64,000 nucleotides of DNA, taken from positions 29,358 to 93,357 of the forward strand of contig DATLLJ010000035.1 in the NCBI GenBank assembly GCA_035537875.1, given 5' to 3'. The stretch comes from Vicinamibacterales bacterium (GTDB lineage: Bacteria > Acidobacteriota > Vicinamibacteria > Vicinamibacterales > CAVVIG01). The translations under genes were made by a program, and so were the position numbers. How positions within the stretch are numbered: position 1 is the stretch's first letter; each line of letters starts with the position of its first letter. The notes beneath the pieces were generated by a model. That model was given only the letters and a program-made list of their open reading frames with translations, made no database searches and was not told where the DNA came from. This document shows positions 55,435 to 64,000 of the stretch, piece by piece.

Positions 55435-58400
55435 ATGCCGATCATGCGTCGTGCCAACAGGGTTCTCCTCGGAAGTCTCGTCGCCTCGCTGTGCTTCACG
55501 TCCATCGGGTTCGCGCAGAGCGTCGCGACCGCGTCCATTGCGGGCACGGTCCACGATACGAGCGGCGGTGTACTACCCGGCGTCACGGTGACGGCGACGC
55601 AATCCGACACGGGTCTCACGCGAACCGCCGTCTCTGACGAAGAGGGACGCTACACCATCACCCCTCTTCCGGTCGGTCCGTATCGCCTGGAGTTTTCGCT
55701 CCAGGGCTTCCGAACGGTCGTGCAAACCGGCGTCGTGCTCCAGGTCAATTCCAACCCGACCATCAACGCCTCCCTCGAGATCGGCAACCTCGCTGAAACG
55801 GTTCTGGTCGAAGGCGAGTCGCCGCTCATCGAGACGCGAAGCGTCGGCATCGGGATGGTAGTGGACAATCAGCGCGTCCTCGAGCTGCCGCTCAACGGCC
55901 GTCAGACGCTGGACCTCGTGTTCATGACGGGCATGGCGGTCTCGGGCGGCACACTGGGCGGCGCGCGCGGAGGGGCCACGTCCACGTCCCCCGGAACCAT
56001 CGCCGTCGCCGGGGGCCTGCCGAACGCCACGGCGTACACGCTGGACGGGGCGACGCACACCGACCCGTTCAACGGCTCGTCGTTGCCGTTGCCGTTTCCC
56101 GAGGCGCTGCAGGAATTCAGGGTCGAGACGAGCGCTCTGCCCGCACAGTACGGGCATCACTCGGCGGCCGCCGTCAACGCGATCACCAAGTCCGGCACGA
56201 ATACCGTCACGGGCAGCGTTTTCGAGTTCGTCCGCGACGACGCGCTGAACGCCACCGACCCGTTCGCGCCACTTGGCCCGGACGGCGAGCGGCGCAGCGA
56301 CGGGTTGAACCGCAACCAGTTCGGCGGTTCGATCGGCGGCCCGATCCTCCGGGACCGGCTGTTTTACTTCCTGGCCTACCAACGCACCAGGATCCGGCGG
56401 GTTCCCGCGTCCTCCTTCCAGTTCGTGCCGACGCAGGCGATGCTGAACGGCGATTTCACCACCATCGCGTCGGCGGCGTGCAACACAGGCGGGGCGATCC
56501 AGCTCAGGACGCCGTTTGTGAACAACAAAATCGACCCGTCGCTCTTTTCTCCGGCGTCACTGGCGCTGGCGAACCAGTTGCCGAAAACGGACGACCCCTG
56601 CGGCCAGGTCTTCTTCGACCGCATCGACAACAGTGACGAGGACGTGTTCACCACCAAGGTCGACTACACAATCAACAATAAACAGTCGGTCTTCGGTCGG
56701 CTGCTCATTTCGGACTACTTCTCGCCGAGCGACTACGACGGGAAGACGCTGCTGTCTCCTACGAAGTCCGCCTCCATGGACGGCGCGTACTCAGGCGTGT
56801 TCGGTCACCAGCTCCTCGTCAGCAACACCACGGTCAACTCGTTCCGCGTGACGGCCAACAAAGGCCCTCACACCAAAGAGTACGTTCCGCTGCTCGACTA
56901 CAACGATCTCGGCATCAAGGCCACACCCGTCCTGCCCGAGTACTTGCGTCTGAGCGTGTCGGGCGGCTTCTCCATGTCGCCAGGTCTGCCGACGGCCACG
57001 CCGACGTTGGTGTACCAGGTCTCGGACGACATGAGCATCCTTCGCGGGAATCACCAGCTCGGGATCGGCGCCAACTACATCTACTCGAAGTACGATCCGG
57101 AGTCGTACACTTCCGCCGCCGGCAACACGTCGTTCAACGGTAGTGTGACCAGGCTCGGCCTGGCCGATTTCATGATCGGCAGAGCGAACCAGTTCACCGC
57201 TGGCACGCCGACGGGGGCGAAGATGCGATCCAACTACTTCGGGATATACCTCCAGGACAGCTGGACCATGTCGCCGAAGGTGACGCTGAATGTCGGCCTC
57301 CGGTGGGATCCGTACTTTCCGGCCTACAGCGGACCGGGCGAGATCACACATTTCGATCGCGCGCGTTTCGATGCGGGACTCAAGAGTGCGGTTTTCCACA
57401 ACGCTCCCGCCGGGCTCATCTTCACGGGCGACGAAGGGATGCCGGGGAACTCGGTCGCCCGGCGCGATCCCTGGAATTTCGCGCCGCGCCTCGGCGTCGT
57501 CTGGGATCCGCGGGGCGATGGGCGCCAGACGCTGCGGCTGGCCTACGGACGGCTCTACGATCTGCCCCACCTGCAGACCTATACGGGCCTCGCGCAGATG
57601 TCGCCTTGGGGGAATTCGATCGTCGTCAACAACCTCCCGAAGGGCTGGGACGACCCGTGGGCCGGGACGGCGGGCGGCGATCCGATTCCCGGCCTCCTCA
57701 ACGGGGCGAGCCCGGACTCGATATTCCCGCTCGGGGGCAACTACACGACGTACCCGCTCGACCTGCAGGCAACGGCCGTGGATCAGTGGAATGTGAGCTA
57801 TCAGAAGCAGCTCACCACCGACTGGATGGTCTCGGCGAACTACATCGGGAGCATCACGAACCACATCTGGGGGACGAACCAGATCAATCCGGCGATCTAC
57901 ATTCCGGGCGCGTCGACCACGGGCAACACGCAATCGCGCCGCGTGCTGAACATGCAGAACGCGGAGGAAGGAAAGTACTTCGCCAGTATCCAGGAGCTCG
58001 ATGACGACGCCTCGTCGAACTACAACGGGGTGCTGCTGTCGGTGCAGAAGCGCCAGAGCAACGGCTTCTCCCTGCAGGGCAACTACGCCATCTCGCGGTG
58101 CATCACCGATCGGTGGAACAGCGAGCCAGGCGTGGCCGGCGTGCCGTACATGATTCCTGGTGACCGCGAGGCCGACCGGGCCCGGTGCCCGAATTCGCCG
58201 GACCACAACGTCAACGTGTCCGTCGTCTACCAGATACCCGGGTCCGAGGGCGACTCCGTTGCCAGCGCGTTCACCCGCGACTGGCAGATCTCGGGCATTC
58301 TGAGCGTCCGGTCGGGCGCGTACTTCACTGTGACGACCGGTGCCGATACGGCGTTGACCGGCCAGCAGAACAACCAGCGCGCGATCCAGACCATCGACGA

Positions 58401-58722
58401 TCCGTTCGTGGCCGACCGAACCCTCACGGAGTGGCTGAATCCCGCGGCGTTCCAGGCGCCCCAATCCGGGACGTACGGGACGATGCCGCTCGACGCGATC
58501 CTCGGTCCGGGGCGTTGGAACGTCGACACGGCGTTGTCGCGATCCTTCCGGTTCGGCACTCAGCAGATGCAGTTCCGGTGGGAGGTGTTCAACGTCTTCA
58601 ATACGATGACGCCGAGCACCCCCGTCTCGACGCTGAACAGCTCGGACTTCGGCAAGGTGACCTCGCTCGCGGCGGGGACGGCGCCGCGCATCATGCAGTT
58701 CGGAATCAAGTTCCTCTTCTAG
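55435..58722 (+). CDS. TonB-dependent receptor-like outer-membrane protein with N-terminal carboxypeptidase-regulatory domain
   Basis: GGAGGG RBS. Signal peptide. IAGTVHDTSGGVLPGVTVTATQ..GRYTITPLPVGPYRLEF, plug-like region, long beta-barrel, C-terminal ..QFGIKFLF. Confidence 0.85.
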   Translation: MPIMRRANRVLLGSLVASLCFTSIGFAQSVATASIAGTVHDTSGGVLPGVTVTATQSDTGLTRTAVSDEEGRYTITPLPVGPYRLEFSLQGFRTVVQTGVVLQVNSNPTINASLEIGNLAETVLVEGESPLIETRSVGIGMVVDNQRVLELPLNGRQTLDLVFMTGMAVSGGTLGGARGGATSTSPGTIAVAGGLPNATAYTLDGATHTDPFNGSSLPLPFPEALQEFRVETSALPAQYGHHSAAAVNAITKSGTNTVTGSVFEFVRDDALNATDPFAPLGPDGERRSDGLNRNQFGGSIGGPILRDRLFYFLAYQRTRIRRVPASSFQFVPTQAMLNGDFTTIASAACNTGGAIQLRTPFVNNKIDPSLFSPASLALANQLPKTDDPCGQVFFDRIDNSDEDVFTTKVDYTINNKQSVFGRLLISDYFSPSDYDGKTLLSPTKSASMDGAYSGVFGHQLLVSNTTVNSFRVTANKGPHTKEYVPLLDYNDLGIKATPVLPEYLRLSVSGGFSMSPGLPTATPTLVYQVSDDMSILRGNHQLGIGANYIYSKYDPESYTSAAGNTSFNGSVTRLGLADFMIGRANQFTAGTPTGAKMRSNYFGIYLQDSWTMSPKVTLNVGLRWDPYFPAYSGPGEITHFDRARFDAGLKSAVFHNAPAGLIFTGDEGMPGNSVARRDPWNFAPRLGVVWDPRGDGRQTLRLAYGRLYDLPHLQTYTGLAQMSPWGNSIVVNNLPKGWDDPWAGTAGGDPIPGLLNGASPDSIFPLGGNYTTYPLDLQATAVDQWNVSYQKQLTTDWMVSANYIGSITNHIWGTNQINPAIYIPGASTTGNTQSRRVLNMQNAEEGKYFASIQELDDDASSNYNGVLLSVQKRQSNGFSLQGNYAISRCITDRWNSEPGVAGVPYMIPGDREADRARCPNSPDHNVNVSVVYQIPGSEGDSVASAFTRDWQISGILSVRSGAYFTVTTGADTALTGQQNNQRAIQTIDDPFVADRTLTEWLNPAAFQAPQSGTYGTMPLDAILGPGRWNVDTALSRSFRFGTQQMQFRWEVFNVFNTMTPSTPVSTLNSSDFGKVTSLAAGTAPRIMQFGIKFLF

Positions 58723-58736
58723 GCCCTCAACGTCGA

Positions 58737-58764
58737 GCGACGCTGCGCCGGTGCGCGGCGTCGC
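58737..58764 (+). terminator. Stem-loop after the TonB receptor gene
   Basis: 12-bp stem (one G-U) gcgacgctgcgc / gcgcggcgtcgc with loop cggt, 15 nt after the stop. Confidence 0.5.
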
Positions 58765-58947
58765 CCGTCGGGGAAGGTGTCACTCTTCTCAAGCCGAAGA
58801 CCTCGAGGTTCCGCTTCTCGGAGCGATTGGCTCCGCCCACAGTGAGCTCCCGCTGAAATGGCCATTCGCTCGCTTGCCGGCACAGAAGATGCCGTGTGGC
58901 GAGGCGATCTGAAGGCACTTGCCGTTTTCAGTAGAGGAACCGTTTTC

Positions 58948-59556
58948 ATGATCGCGTCACGGCTGTGGATCACATCCATTTTCGTCCTTGCCGTTGCAGT
59001 TCTGTCGCAACCGGCCGCTCAGGAGCGTTTCGACAGCCCGACGGCGGGCATTGCGCTGCAGCCGCCGCGAGGGTGGCGCTCCGCGACGCTTGCACAGGTT
59101 CAGGCGAATCGGCAGCGGGTCCGCCTTTCAGACCCTGAGCTGCAGGCGGCGCTCGCCACCCGAAGCGCCATGCCGCTCGCGACGTTCATGAAATATCCGG
59201 AGCCGCACGCCGGACTGAACCCGACCGTCCAAGTGACACTGAGGCCTGCGCTCGATGGAAGCGCGACACGATTGCTCTCGTCAGCGCTCTCCCAAATGCA
59301 GCGCGGTTTTCCCAACTTTCGAATCGTGTCGCCGGTTCATGCGGCCGACGTTGGAGGGTGGCCAGGGGCGCACGTACGCGTGTCGTACACGTTGAAGAAT
59401 GCGGCCGGCGACAGCTTCGACGTGCTGAGCCGGCTCTGGCTCGTTCCGCGAGGGCCGCTGATGTTCCTGATCGGGATGAGCGGCACCGAAACCGGCGCCG
59501 ACGTGTGCGAAGAGGAATTCGCTGCCGTTCTCGCCTCCGTGGAGATCCGGCAGTAG
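58948..59556 (+). CDS. Hypothetical secreted protein
   Basis: ATG 58948: MIASRLWITSIFVLAVAVLSQPAAQ. No recognised domain. Confidence 0.5.
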   Translation: MIASRLWITSIFVLAVAVLSQPAAQERFDSPTAGIALQPPRGWRSATLAQVQANRQRVRLSDPELQAALATRSAMPLATFMKYPEPHAGLNPTVQVTLRPALDGSATRLLSSALSQMQRGFPNFRIVSPVHAADVGGWPGAHVRVSYTLKNAAGDSFDVLSRLWLVPRGPLMFLIGMSGTETGADVCEEEFAAVLASVEIRQ

Positions 59557-59566
59557 CGGACCGGTC

Positions 59567-60724
59567 TCAAGGAACCGGGGGCGACCAGCGCACTTCCGTC
59601 GGACCCGCCGACTTCGAGGCCGACGTCGCGGGTTGGGGATCTGTATCGGGCGCGACGTTGCCCGGCGGGCGCTGGAAGCCGATCAGCGCCGCCTCGCGGT
59701 CGAAGTCGGTCGGCTCGGGGCCGATGGACGGATTCATGATCGACGGTCGCGACGTGACGTGGAGATAGCCGAGCGCATGCCCGAGCTCGTGGATCCTGAG
59801 CAGCCGGCGTCGTGCATCGTCGTGATCGAAGTCGCGGTCGAGATACATGGCCCCGGCCACGACCGAGCCGTTGTCGGTCTCGGCCCAGGTGCCGTATCCG
59901 ATCGTGCCGTCGAGGGACGTGATGCCGTTGTATTCAGCGACGACAATCTTCCCCATGCGCGCGGCCGCGACGCGCTCGCCGGAAGCCGGACGTTCGACGG
60001 TGACCGTGCTGAACCTGGAGTACGTGCCACCCGTCAGCAGCGACAGGCCTTCGGTGAGATGCTCGATCATCTCCGCCACTTCCTCGCCTGACATCTGGTG
60101 GCTCGTGGCCGGGTATTCCTCTCCGGACGCACCTCGATACGAGAGGACGGTCGCCACGAGCACGAGCTGCGGCTGCGTCGTCCAGCGCTGGAGCCGTCGA
60201 TTCGTCGCACGCATCAACTGATCGAAGGCGGCAAGATCGAACGTCGCCGGGATGAGCGGCATCCTGAGGCGGTCTCCGGACGTTGCGCTGATGCTGGTAT
60301 AACGCTCGACCACGCTCGTCCCGCGGATGACCGTTGCGTAGCTGCCTGGGCCGCCGACCTCGACATCGAACGAGCCAGTGCCATCAGTGGTGACCGCCCG
60401 TTCGTTTCCGACCTGCACCTCGATCCCTGAGAGCGTCGCCCCGTCGATGGCATTGACCGTCTGCCCGCGCAGCATGCTCGGGGACGAGGAGTCGCCGGGC
60501 GCGGCGGGTGAGTCGGTGCAGCCAGCCAACAGCGCAGCGGACAGGCACATCGCCAGGCACACAAATAGTTGTGGCACGGCGGACTCGGCTTGCAAGCCTC
60601 GTGCAGCCCGTCGTTTCAGCAGGTTGCCCGCTCTGGCCACACAGACGGCACGAACTCTTACCAAACTGCAGGATGAGTTGCGAGGATGTAATCTGGGCAT
60701 AGCGCGGACTCGACCCGAAGTCAT
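59567..60724 (-). CDS. Putative zinc metalloprotease lipoprotein (HExxH) with carboxypeptidase-regulatory-like domain; start uncertain
   Basis: IHELGHALGYLH (HExxHxxG), lipobox LLAGC. Candidate starts are ATG 60724 (TGATG overlap with the upstream gene), ATG 60700 and GTG 60640. Confidence 0.6.
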   Translation of the reverse strand: MTSGRVRAMPRLHPRNSSCSLVRVRAVCVARAGNLLKRRAARGLQAESAVPQLFVCLAMCLSAALLAGCTDSPAAPGDSSSPSMLRGQTVNAIDGATLSGIEVQVGNERAVTTDGTGSFDVEVGGPGSYATVIRGTSVVERYTSISATSGDRLRMPLIPATFDLAAFDQLMRATNRRLQRWTTQPQLVLVATVLSYRGASGEEYPATSHQMSGEEVAEMIEHLTEGLSLLTGGTYSRFSTVTVERPASGERVAAARMGKIVVAEYNGITSLDGTIGYGTWAETDNGSVVAGAMYLDRDFDHDDARRRLLRIHELGHALGYLHVTSRPSIMNPSIGPEPTDFDREAALIGFQRPPGNVAPDTDPQPATSASKSAGPTEVRWSPPVP

Positions 60725-61230
60725 CAACGAGATCTTCGACCGCGTCGCGTCGGCAGCCGCTTTCGCCTGGCCGCCCGCTTCGTCGATGATTTCGAACGCC
60801 TCGCGGCGCGCTTCACGGCGACCACGTCTTCCCTCTGGTACGCTTCATACAGCCAGTCGGTGATCGGCGCTTCGACCTCGTCCCGGTGGGTAATCCGGAT
60901 CATGTTGGCGAATTTCGACGCCGACCCGGCCATCACTTTCCGCACCTGCGGCGCCTTGAGCGGCCTCGACAGCATGATGCACACTTCCAGACATTTCGTC
61001 TTCGGCCGCACGAAGAAATAGCAGACCCTGCGCGAGAACATGATGGAGTGATGCGATGCGTAGATCCGCTGCTCGCCAAACTCCACAGCGGTCTCGCGGA
61101 GCCGCTCCCAGGCATCCTTCAAGTCTTCTGACAGATCCTGTGTGAGCGCCGCCTCCGTCGTCGTCCAGCAGTCGTGCGCCTCGCCTTCTTCGATCCAGTG
61201 TTTGCAGTGATAGCATTCCCGGCCGGCCAT
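60724..61230 (-). CDS. DUF5655-like protein with N-terminal Cys/His cluster and highly basic tail
   Basis: ATG 61230: MAGRECYHCKHW..HDCW. Core ..YASHHSIMFSR..FFVRPKTKCLEVCI. Tail KRAARRSKSSTKRAARRKRLPTRRGRRSR. Confidence 0.5.
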   Translation of the reverse strand: MAGRECYHCKHWIEEGEAHDCWTTTEAALTQDLSEDLKDAWERLRETAVEFGEQRIYASHHSIMFSRRVCYFFVRPKTKCLEVCIMLSRPLKAPQVRKVMAGSASKFANMIRITHRDEVEAPITDWLYEAYQREDVVAVKRAARRSKSSTKRAARRKRLPTRRGRRSR

Positions 61231-61348
61231 GCCCAATTTTAGCGATCGGGATTGGCTCGGGGCGCAGCGTCGTCCCCCTTCACAATCTCTCCACAATCGC
61301 TCTCCACACTGTCCTTGTCGCCATCACGGATGGAGAAAGGACTGAACA

Positions 61349-61741
61349 ATGGACGATCGACGTCAAATGGGACACTGGGGGCCGTGGGTTCCCTGGGCCT
61401 TCACCTCGCTGGCGCTCGTGGCGGTCGCCGCCATCGCCTACAGCCTGGGAGCGAGTCGCGAGGCCGGTGCGCTGGCCTCCGAGCCGGCGCGCTGGCGCTA
61501 CGGCGGCTTTGGCGGCATCTGGCTGTTCTTCCTGCTGTTTTGGATCTTTGGCGGGCTTCGGTGGATGTGGTGGGGCGGCTACGGCTACCGGCCGTGGCAC
61601 TACCGCCGCTACTACGGGCCTTACCCCGACAATCGCGACGAATGGGAAGAGTGGCACCGGAGGGAGCACGAGCGCATGAACCGCACGAACCAGCCGGGAC
61701 CTGCGCCGTCGTCCGGGTCCGCCGACCGGCCGATCACGTAG
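61349..61741 (+). CDS. Small membrane protein with W/Y/R/G-rich segment
   Basis: Two hydrophobic segments, then WMWWGGYGYRPWHYRRYYGPYPDNRDEWEEWHRREHE. Lies 37 nt upstream of the response regulator. Confidence 0.45.
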   Translation: MDDRRQMGHWGPWVPWAFTSLALVAVAAIAYSLGASREAGALASEPARWRYGGFGGIWLFFLLFWIFGGLRWMWWGGYGYRPWHYRRYYGPYPDNRDEWEEWHRREHERMNRTNQPGPAPSSGSADRPIT

Positions 61742-61778
61742 GATCGAGGGACCGCGCGGGGCGCGGTCCCATTCCGCC

Positions 61779-62456
61779 ATGCCCACTGTCCTGGTCGTAG
61801 ACGATGAGCCCCAAATCGCGACCATCGCGCGTGACTATCTAACGCGCGCGGGCTTCTCGGTCGCGGTGGCGTCTGACGGCAGCACCGGCCTCGACCTCGC
61901 CAGGCGGAAGCGGCCGGACCTCGTCGTCCTGGACCTGGGGCTGCCGTCGCTCGACGGCCTGACAGTCGCCCGCACCCTGCGTCTGGAATCGGACGTGCCG
62001 ATCATCATGCTCACGGCGCGGGTAGACGAAACCGATCGGCTCGCCGGCTTTGACGTTGGGGCGGATGACTACATCACCAAGCCCTTCAGTCCACGCGAGC
62101 TGGTTGCGCGCGTGTCCAGCGTGCTGCGTCGCTCGCGCCACGCGCTGGCGGTCGGGACGTTCGAGGTCGCCGACCTGTCGATCGATCCGGCGAAAATGCG
62201 CGTCGAGCGGTGCGGTGCGACCATCGATCTGACGCCGACCGAATTTCAGCTGCTTGCCGGGCTCGCTCGCTATCCGGGCCGCGTGTTCACGCGTGCCCAA
62301 CTGCTCGATGCGGTCCGCGGCACGGAGATCGAGTCGTTCGAGCGCGCCATCGATGCGCACGTCAAGAACGTTCGCCGGAAGCTGGAGCGCAACCCTCATC
62401 GTCCCCGCTATGTGCTGACGGTCTACGGCATTGGCTACAAGTTCGCGGAATCATGA
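61779..62456 (+). CDS. OmpR-family response regulator
   Basis: REC (VLVVDDEP..DLVVLDLGLP..TKPF) plus a winged helix (LTPTEFQLL..VYGIGYKF). Confidence 0.9.
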   Translation: MPTVLVVDDEPQIATIARDYLTRAGFSVAVASDGSTGLDLARRKRPDLVVLDLGLPSLDGLTVARTLRLESDVPIIMLTARVDETDRLAGFDVGADDYITKPFSPRELVARVSSVLRRSRHALAVGTFEVADLSIDPAKMRVERCGATIDLTPTEFQLLAGLARYPGRVFTRAQLLDAVRGTEIESFERAIDAHVKNVRRKLERNPHRPRYVLTVYGIGYKFAES

Positions 62457-63565
62457 GGGACTGGCACGGCCGCCGGTGGCACGGCGAGGGGCCGCCACCC
62501 TGGTGGCCGCGCGACGAGCCCTGGCCGCCGCCGGGCGGCCGCGCGCTTCGCGATCGCCAGCGCGCGCAGTTCGTCAGGCGCAGCGGCTGGTACAGCTTCT
62601 GGCCGGCGTGGGTGCTTCTGTGGTTGATTGCGAGCAGCGCCGGACGGCGTGGCGTCGGCGGATCCCTGCCATTCGGCGGAGCCGTCACGTGGCTGCTTCT
62701 CTCAGCCGTCGTCGCCGGATGTGTCGCGATCATCATTCGCCGTATCGCCGGTCCGGTGGCCGACATCGTTTCAGCCGCCGGCAGGATTGCCCAGCGGGAC
62801 TACAACGTTCGCGTCCGTGAACCCGAGTTCGGGCCGGCCTGGATCGGCGACACCGCGCGGGCGTTCAACGCGATGGCGAAGGAGCTCGACGCGCAGGACA
62901 AGGCGCGCCGACACCTGATGGCCGACATCGCCCACGAGCTCAGGACACCTCTGACGATCGTCCAGGGAAAGCTCGAGGGCCTTCTTGACGGTGTCTACCC
63001 GCGAGACGACCAACAGCTGCAGGGACTGCTGGAAGACACGCACGTTCTTGTCAGGCTCGTCGAGGACTTGCGCACGCTCTCAACCGCCGAAAGCGGCGCG
63101 TTGGCGCTGTCGACGGAACCGACCGACATCCTCGCGTTGGCGGACGATGTCGTGTCGTCGCTGTCGGCGCGGGCTGAAAGCGGGGGCGTGACGCTGCGGG
63201 TGGAGGCCGATGTTCAAGGCGATATCCAGCCGATCAAGATCGATCCGCTGCGGATTCGCGAAGTCCTCACGAACCTCGTGACCAACGCGCTCCACCATAC
63301 GCCTCGCGGCGGGTCGGTGCTCGTCAGGGTCAGCGCTCGCGCTGACAGCCTGGACGTCTCAGTCGTCGACAACGGTGCCGGCATTGCCGAAGCGGAGCTG
63401 CCGCGTATCTTCGATCGCTTCTACAAGGGACCGGGTTCGTCAGGCCTGGGGCTTGGGCTGACGATTGCGCGAGGCCTTGTTGAAGCACACGGCGGAACGA
63501 TCCGCGCCGAGAGCCGCATCGGCGCTGGAACGACGATCACTGTTTCTCTACCTCGCGAATCGTGA
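62453..63565 (+). CDS. Sensor histidine kinase (TM, HAMP, HisKA, HATPase_c)
   Basis: ATG 62453 overlaps the upstream TGA (ATGA). H-box MADIAHELRTPLT, N box NLVTNALHHTP, DNGAGI, GLGLGLTIA. Confidence 0.9.
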   Translation: MRDWHGRRWHGEGPPPWWPRDEPWPPPGGRALRDRQRAQFVRRSGWYSFWPAWVLLWLIASSAGRRGVGGSLPFGGAVTWLLLSAVVAGCVAIIIRRIAGPVADIVSAAGRIAQRDYNVRVREPEFGPAWIGDTARAFNAMAKELDAQDKARRHLMADIAHELRTPLTIVQGKLEGLLDGVYPRDDQQLQGLLEDTHVLVRLVEDLRTLSTAESGALALSTEPTDILALADDVVSSLSARAESGGVTLRVEADVQGDIQPIKIDPLRIREVLTNLVTNALHHTPRGGSVLVRVSARADSLDVSVVDNGAGIAEAELPRIFDRFYKGPGSSGLGLGLTIARGLVEAHGGTIRAESRIGAGTTITVSLPRES

Positions 63566-63618
63566 CCGCGATAGACCTCGCCCATGCACGACCGCGCTGA
63601 CGATTTCGTACTTATCTC

Positions 63619-64000
63619 CTACCTGACCCTGGTTCCAAGCCATGCGGCTCGGAATGCGCTCTGCCCAGTGGTCACTGTTTCCATCGATACGAGCCGCTGG
63701 ACGGTCGGATCTGCTTTCAACGTGATCGTCTTACGAATCGCGGCTCCACCCCGGCGCATCACCGTAAGCGTGACCGGCTCTCCGGGTTTCCTGGTGCCTA
63801 TCTCGTTCCAGGCCGCCGTTGTCGCCGGTCGATCGTCGATCGCCCTGATGACATCGCCCGAATCGATTCCTGCCTCATAGAGCGGCGTATTGAACGGCAC
63901 CGCCATGGCCCGTGTGACCGGATTCCCGGACGCTGCGCTGCCCACAACACCGACCGCGAGACCTTCTGGCGTCTCGGCGACCGACACGTTGCCAATCCAC
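63619..64000 (-). CDS. C-terminal PDZ-containing part of a larger (peptidase-like) protein; 5' end outside window
   Basis: The frame is open to the window edge. PDZ-like TPLYEAGIDSGDVIRAIDDRP..GEPVTLTVMRRG. Confidence 0.55.
   Translation of the reverse strand, partial: WIGNVSVAETPEGLAVGVVGSAASGNPVTRAMAVPFNTPLYEAGIDSGDVIRAIDDRPATTAAWNEIGTRKPGEPVTLTVMRRGGAAIRKTITLKADPTVQRLVSMETVTTGQSAFRAAWLGTRVR

Noticed and set aside
56791-58464. 557-aa minus-strand ORF. Similar long antisense ORFs lie at 8189-9274, 16435-17634, 21288-22706, 26680-28248, 35851-36873, 40161-41042 and 51596-52453.
   Set aside because: All lie opposite well-supported genes, have Arg/Gly/Asp-rich compositions and lack any motif. 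Treated as GC-driven artefacts.
1-64000. CRISPR arrays, tandem repeats, IS elements, integrases, tRNA/rRNA genes, toxin-antitoxin or known defence-system genes
   Set aside because: I looked for regularly spaced direct repeats, transposase or recombinase motifs and cloverleaf-sized conserved RNAs in every intergenic gap. None was found. The only DNA-level repeats are the diverged paralogous DUF5916 genes and short hairpins.

Overview
GC-rich, densely packed bacterial chromosomal segment of about 55 protein genes. I found no rRNA, tRNA, CRISPR array, transposase, integrase or prophage signature. The gene content suggests an Acidobacteriota-like (possibly Gemmatimonadota-like) soil bacterium; this is inference only. 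That content is: a TonB-dependent receptor with an N-terminal carboxypeptidase-regulatory domain, a Ser/Thr kinase fused to a TolB-type beta-propeller, four CBM9/DUF5916-type barrel proteins, and many signal-peptide proteins. Main blocks: (1) 1-8.1 kb, a pterin-type small-molecule cluster with a Cys-less PTPS-like protein, GT4 glycosyltransferase, methyltransferases, RibD_C reductase and P450. (2) 8-15.4 kb, secreted MBL hydrolases, a phosphoesterase, an unannotated SelW/Rdx-like selenoprotein with an in-frame UGA, a protein with a predicted N-terminal His (LPMO-like) and a c-type cytochrome operon. (3) 15.8-25.8 kb, three tandem paralogous CBM9/DUF5916 barrel proteins followed by a large PKD/lectin-repeat protein. 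(4) 25.9-33 kb, a hybrid histidine kinase, a B12-radical SAM enzyme and an unusually long malate-synthase-family protein. (5) 34.4-41.1 kb, a one-carbon operon: MidA-like methyltransferase, core-MetE, a MetF-MetV fusion and a LigM-like THF-dependent O-demethylase. (6) 41-52 kb, a fourth DUF5916 paralog and assorted secreted or redox proteins, with an 18-bp perfect palindrome abutting a TATAAT box. (7) 52.5-64 kb, the kinase, the TonB receptor, a metalloprotease and an OmpR/HK two-component system. All functional calls come from motif recognition by eye. No database search was run. Most long ORFs in the supplied track that overlap these genes on the opposite strand are high-GC mirror artefacts.
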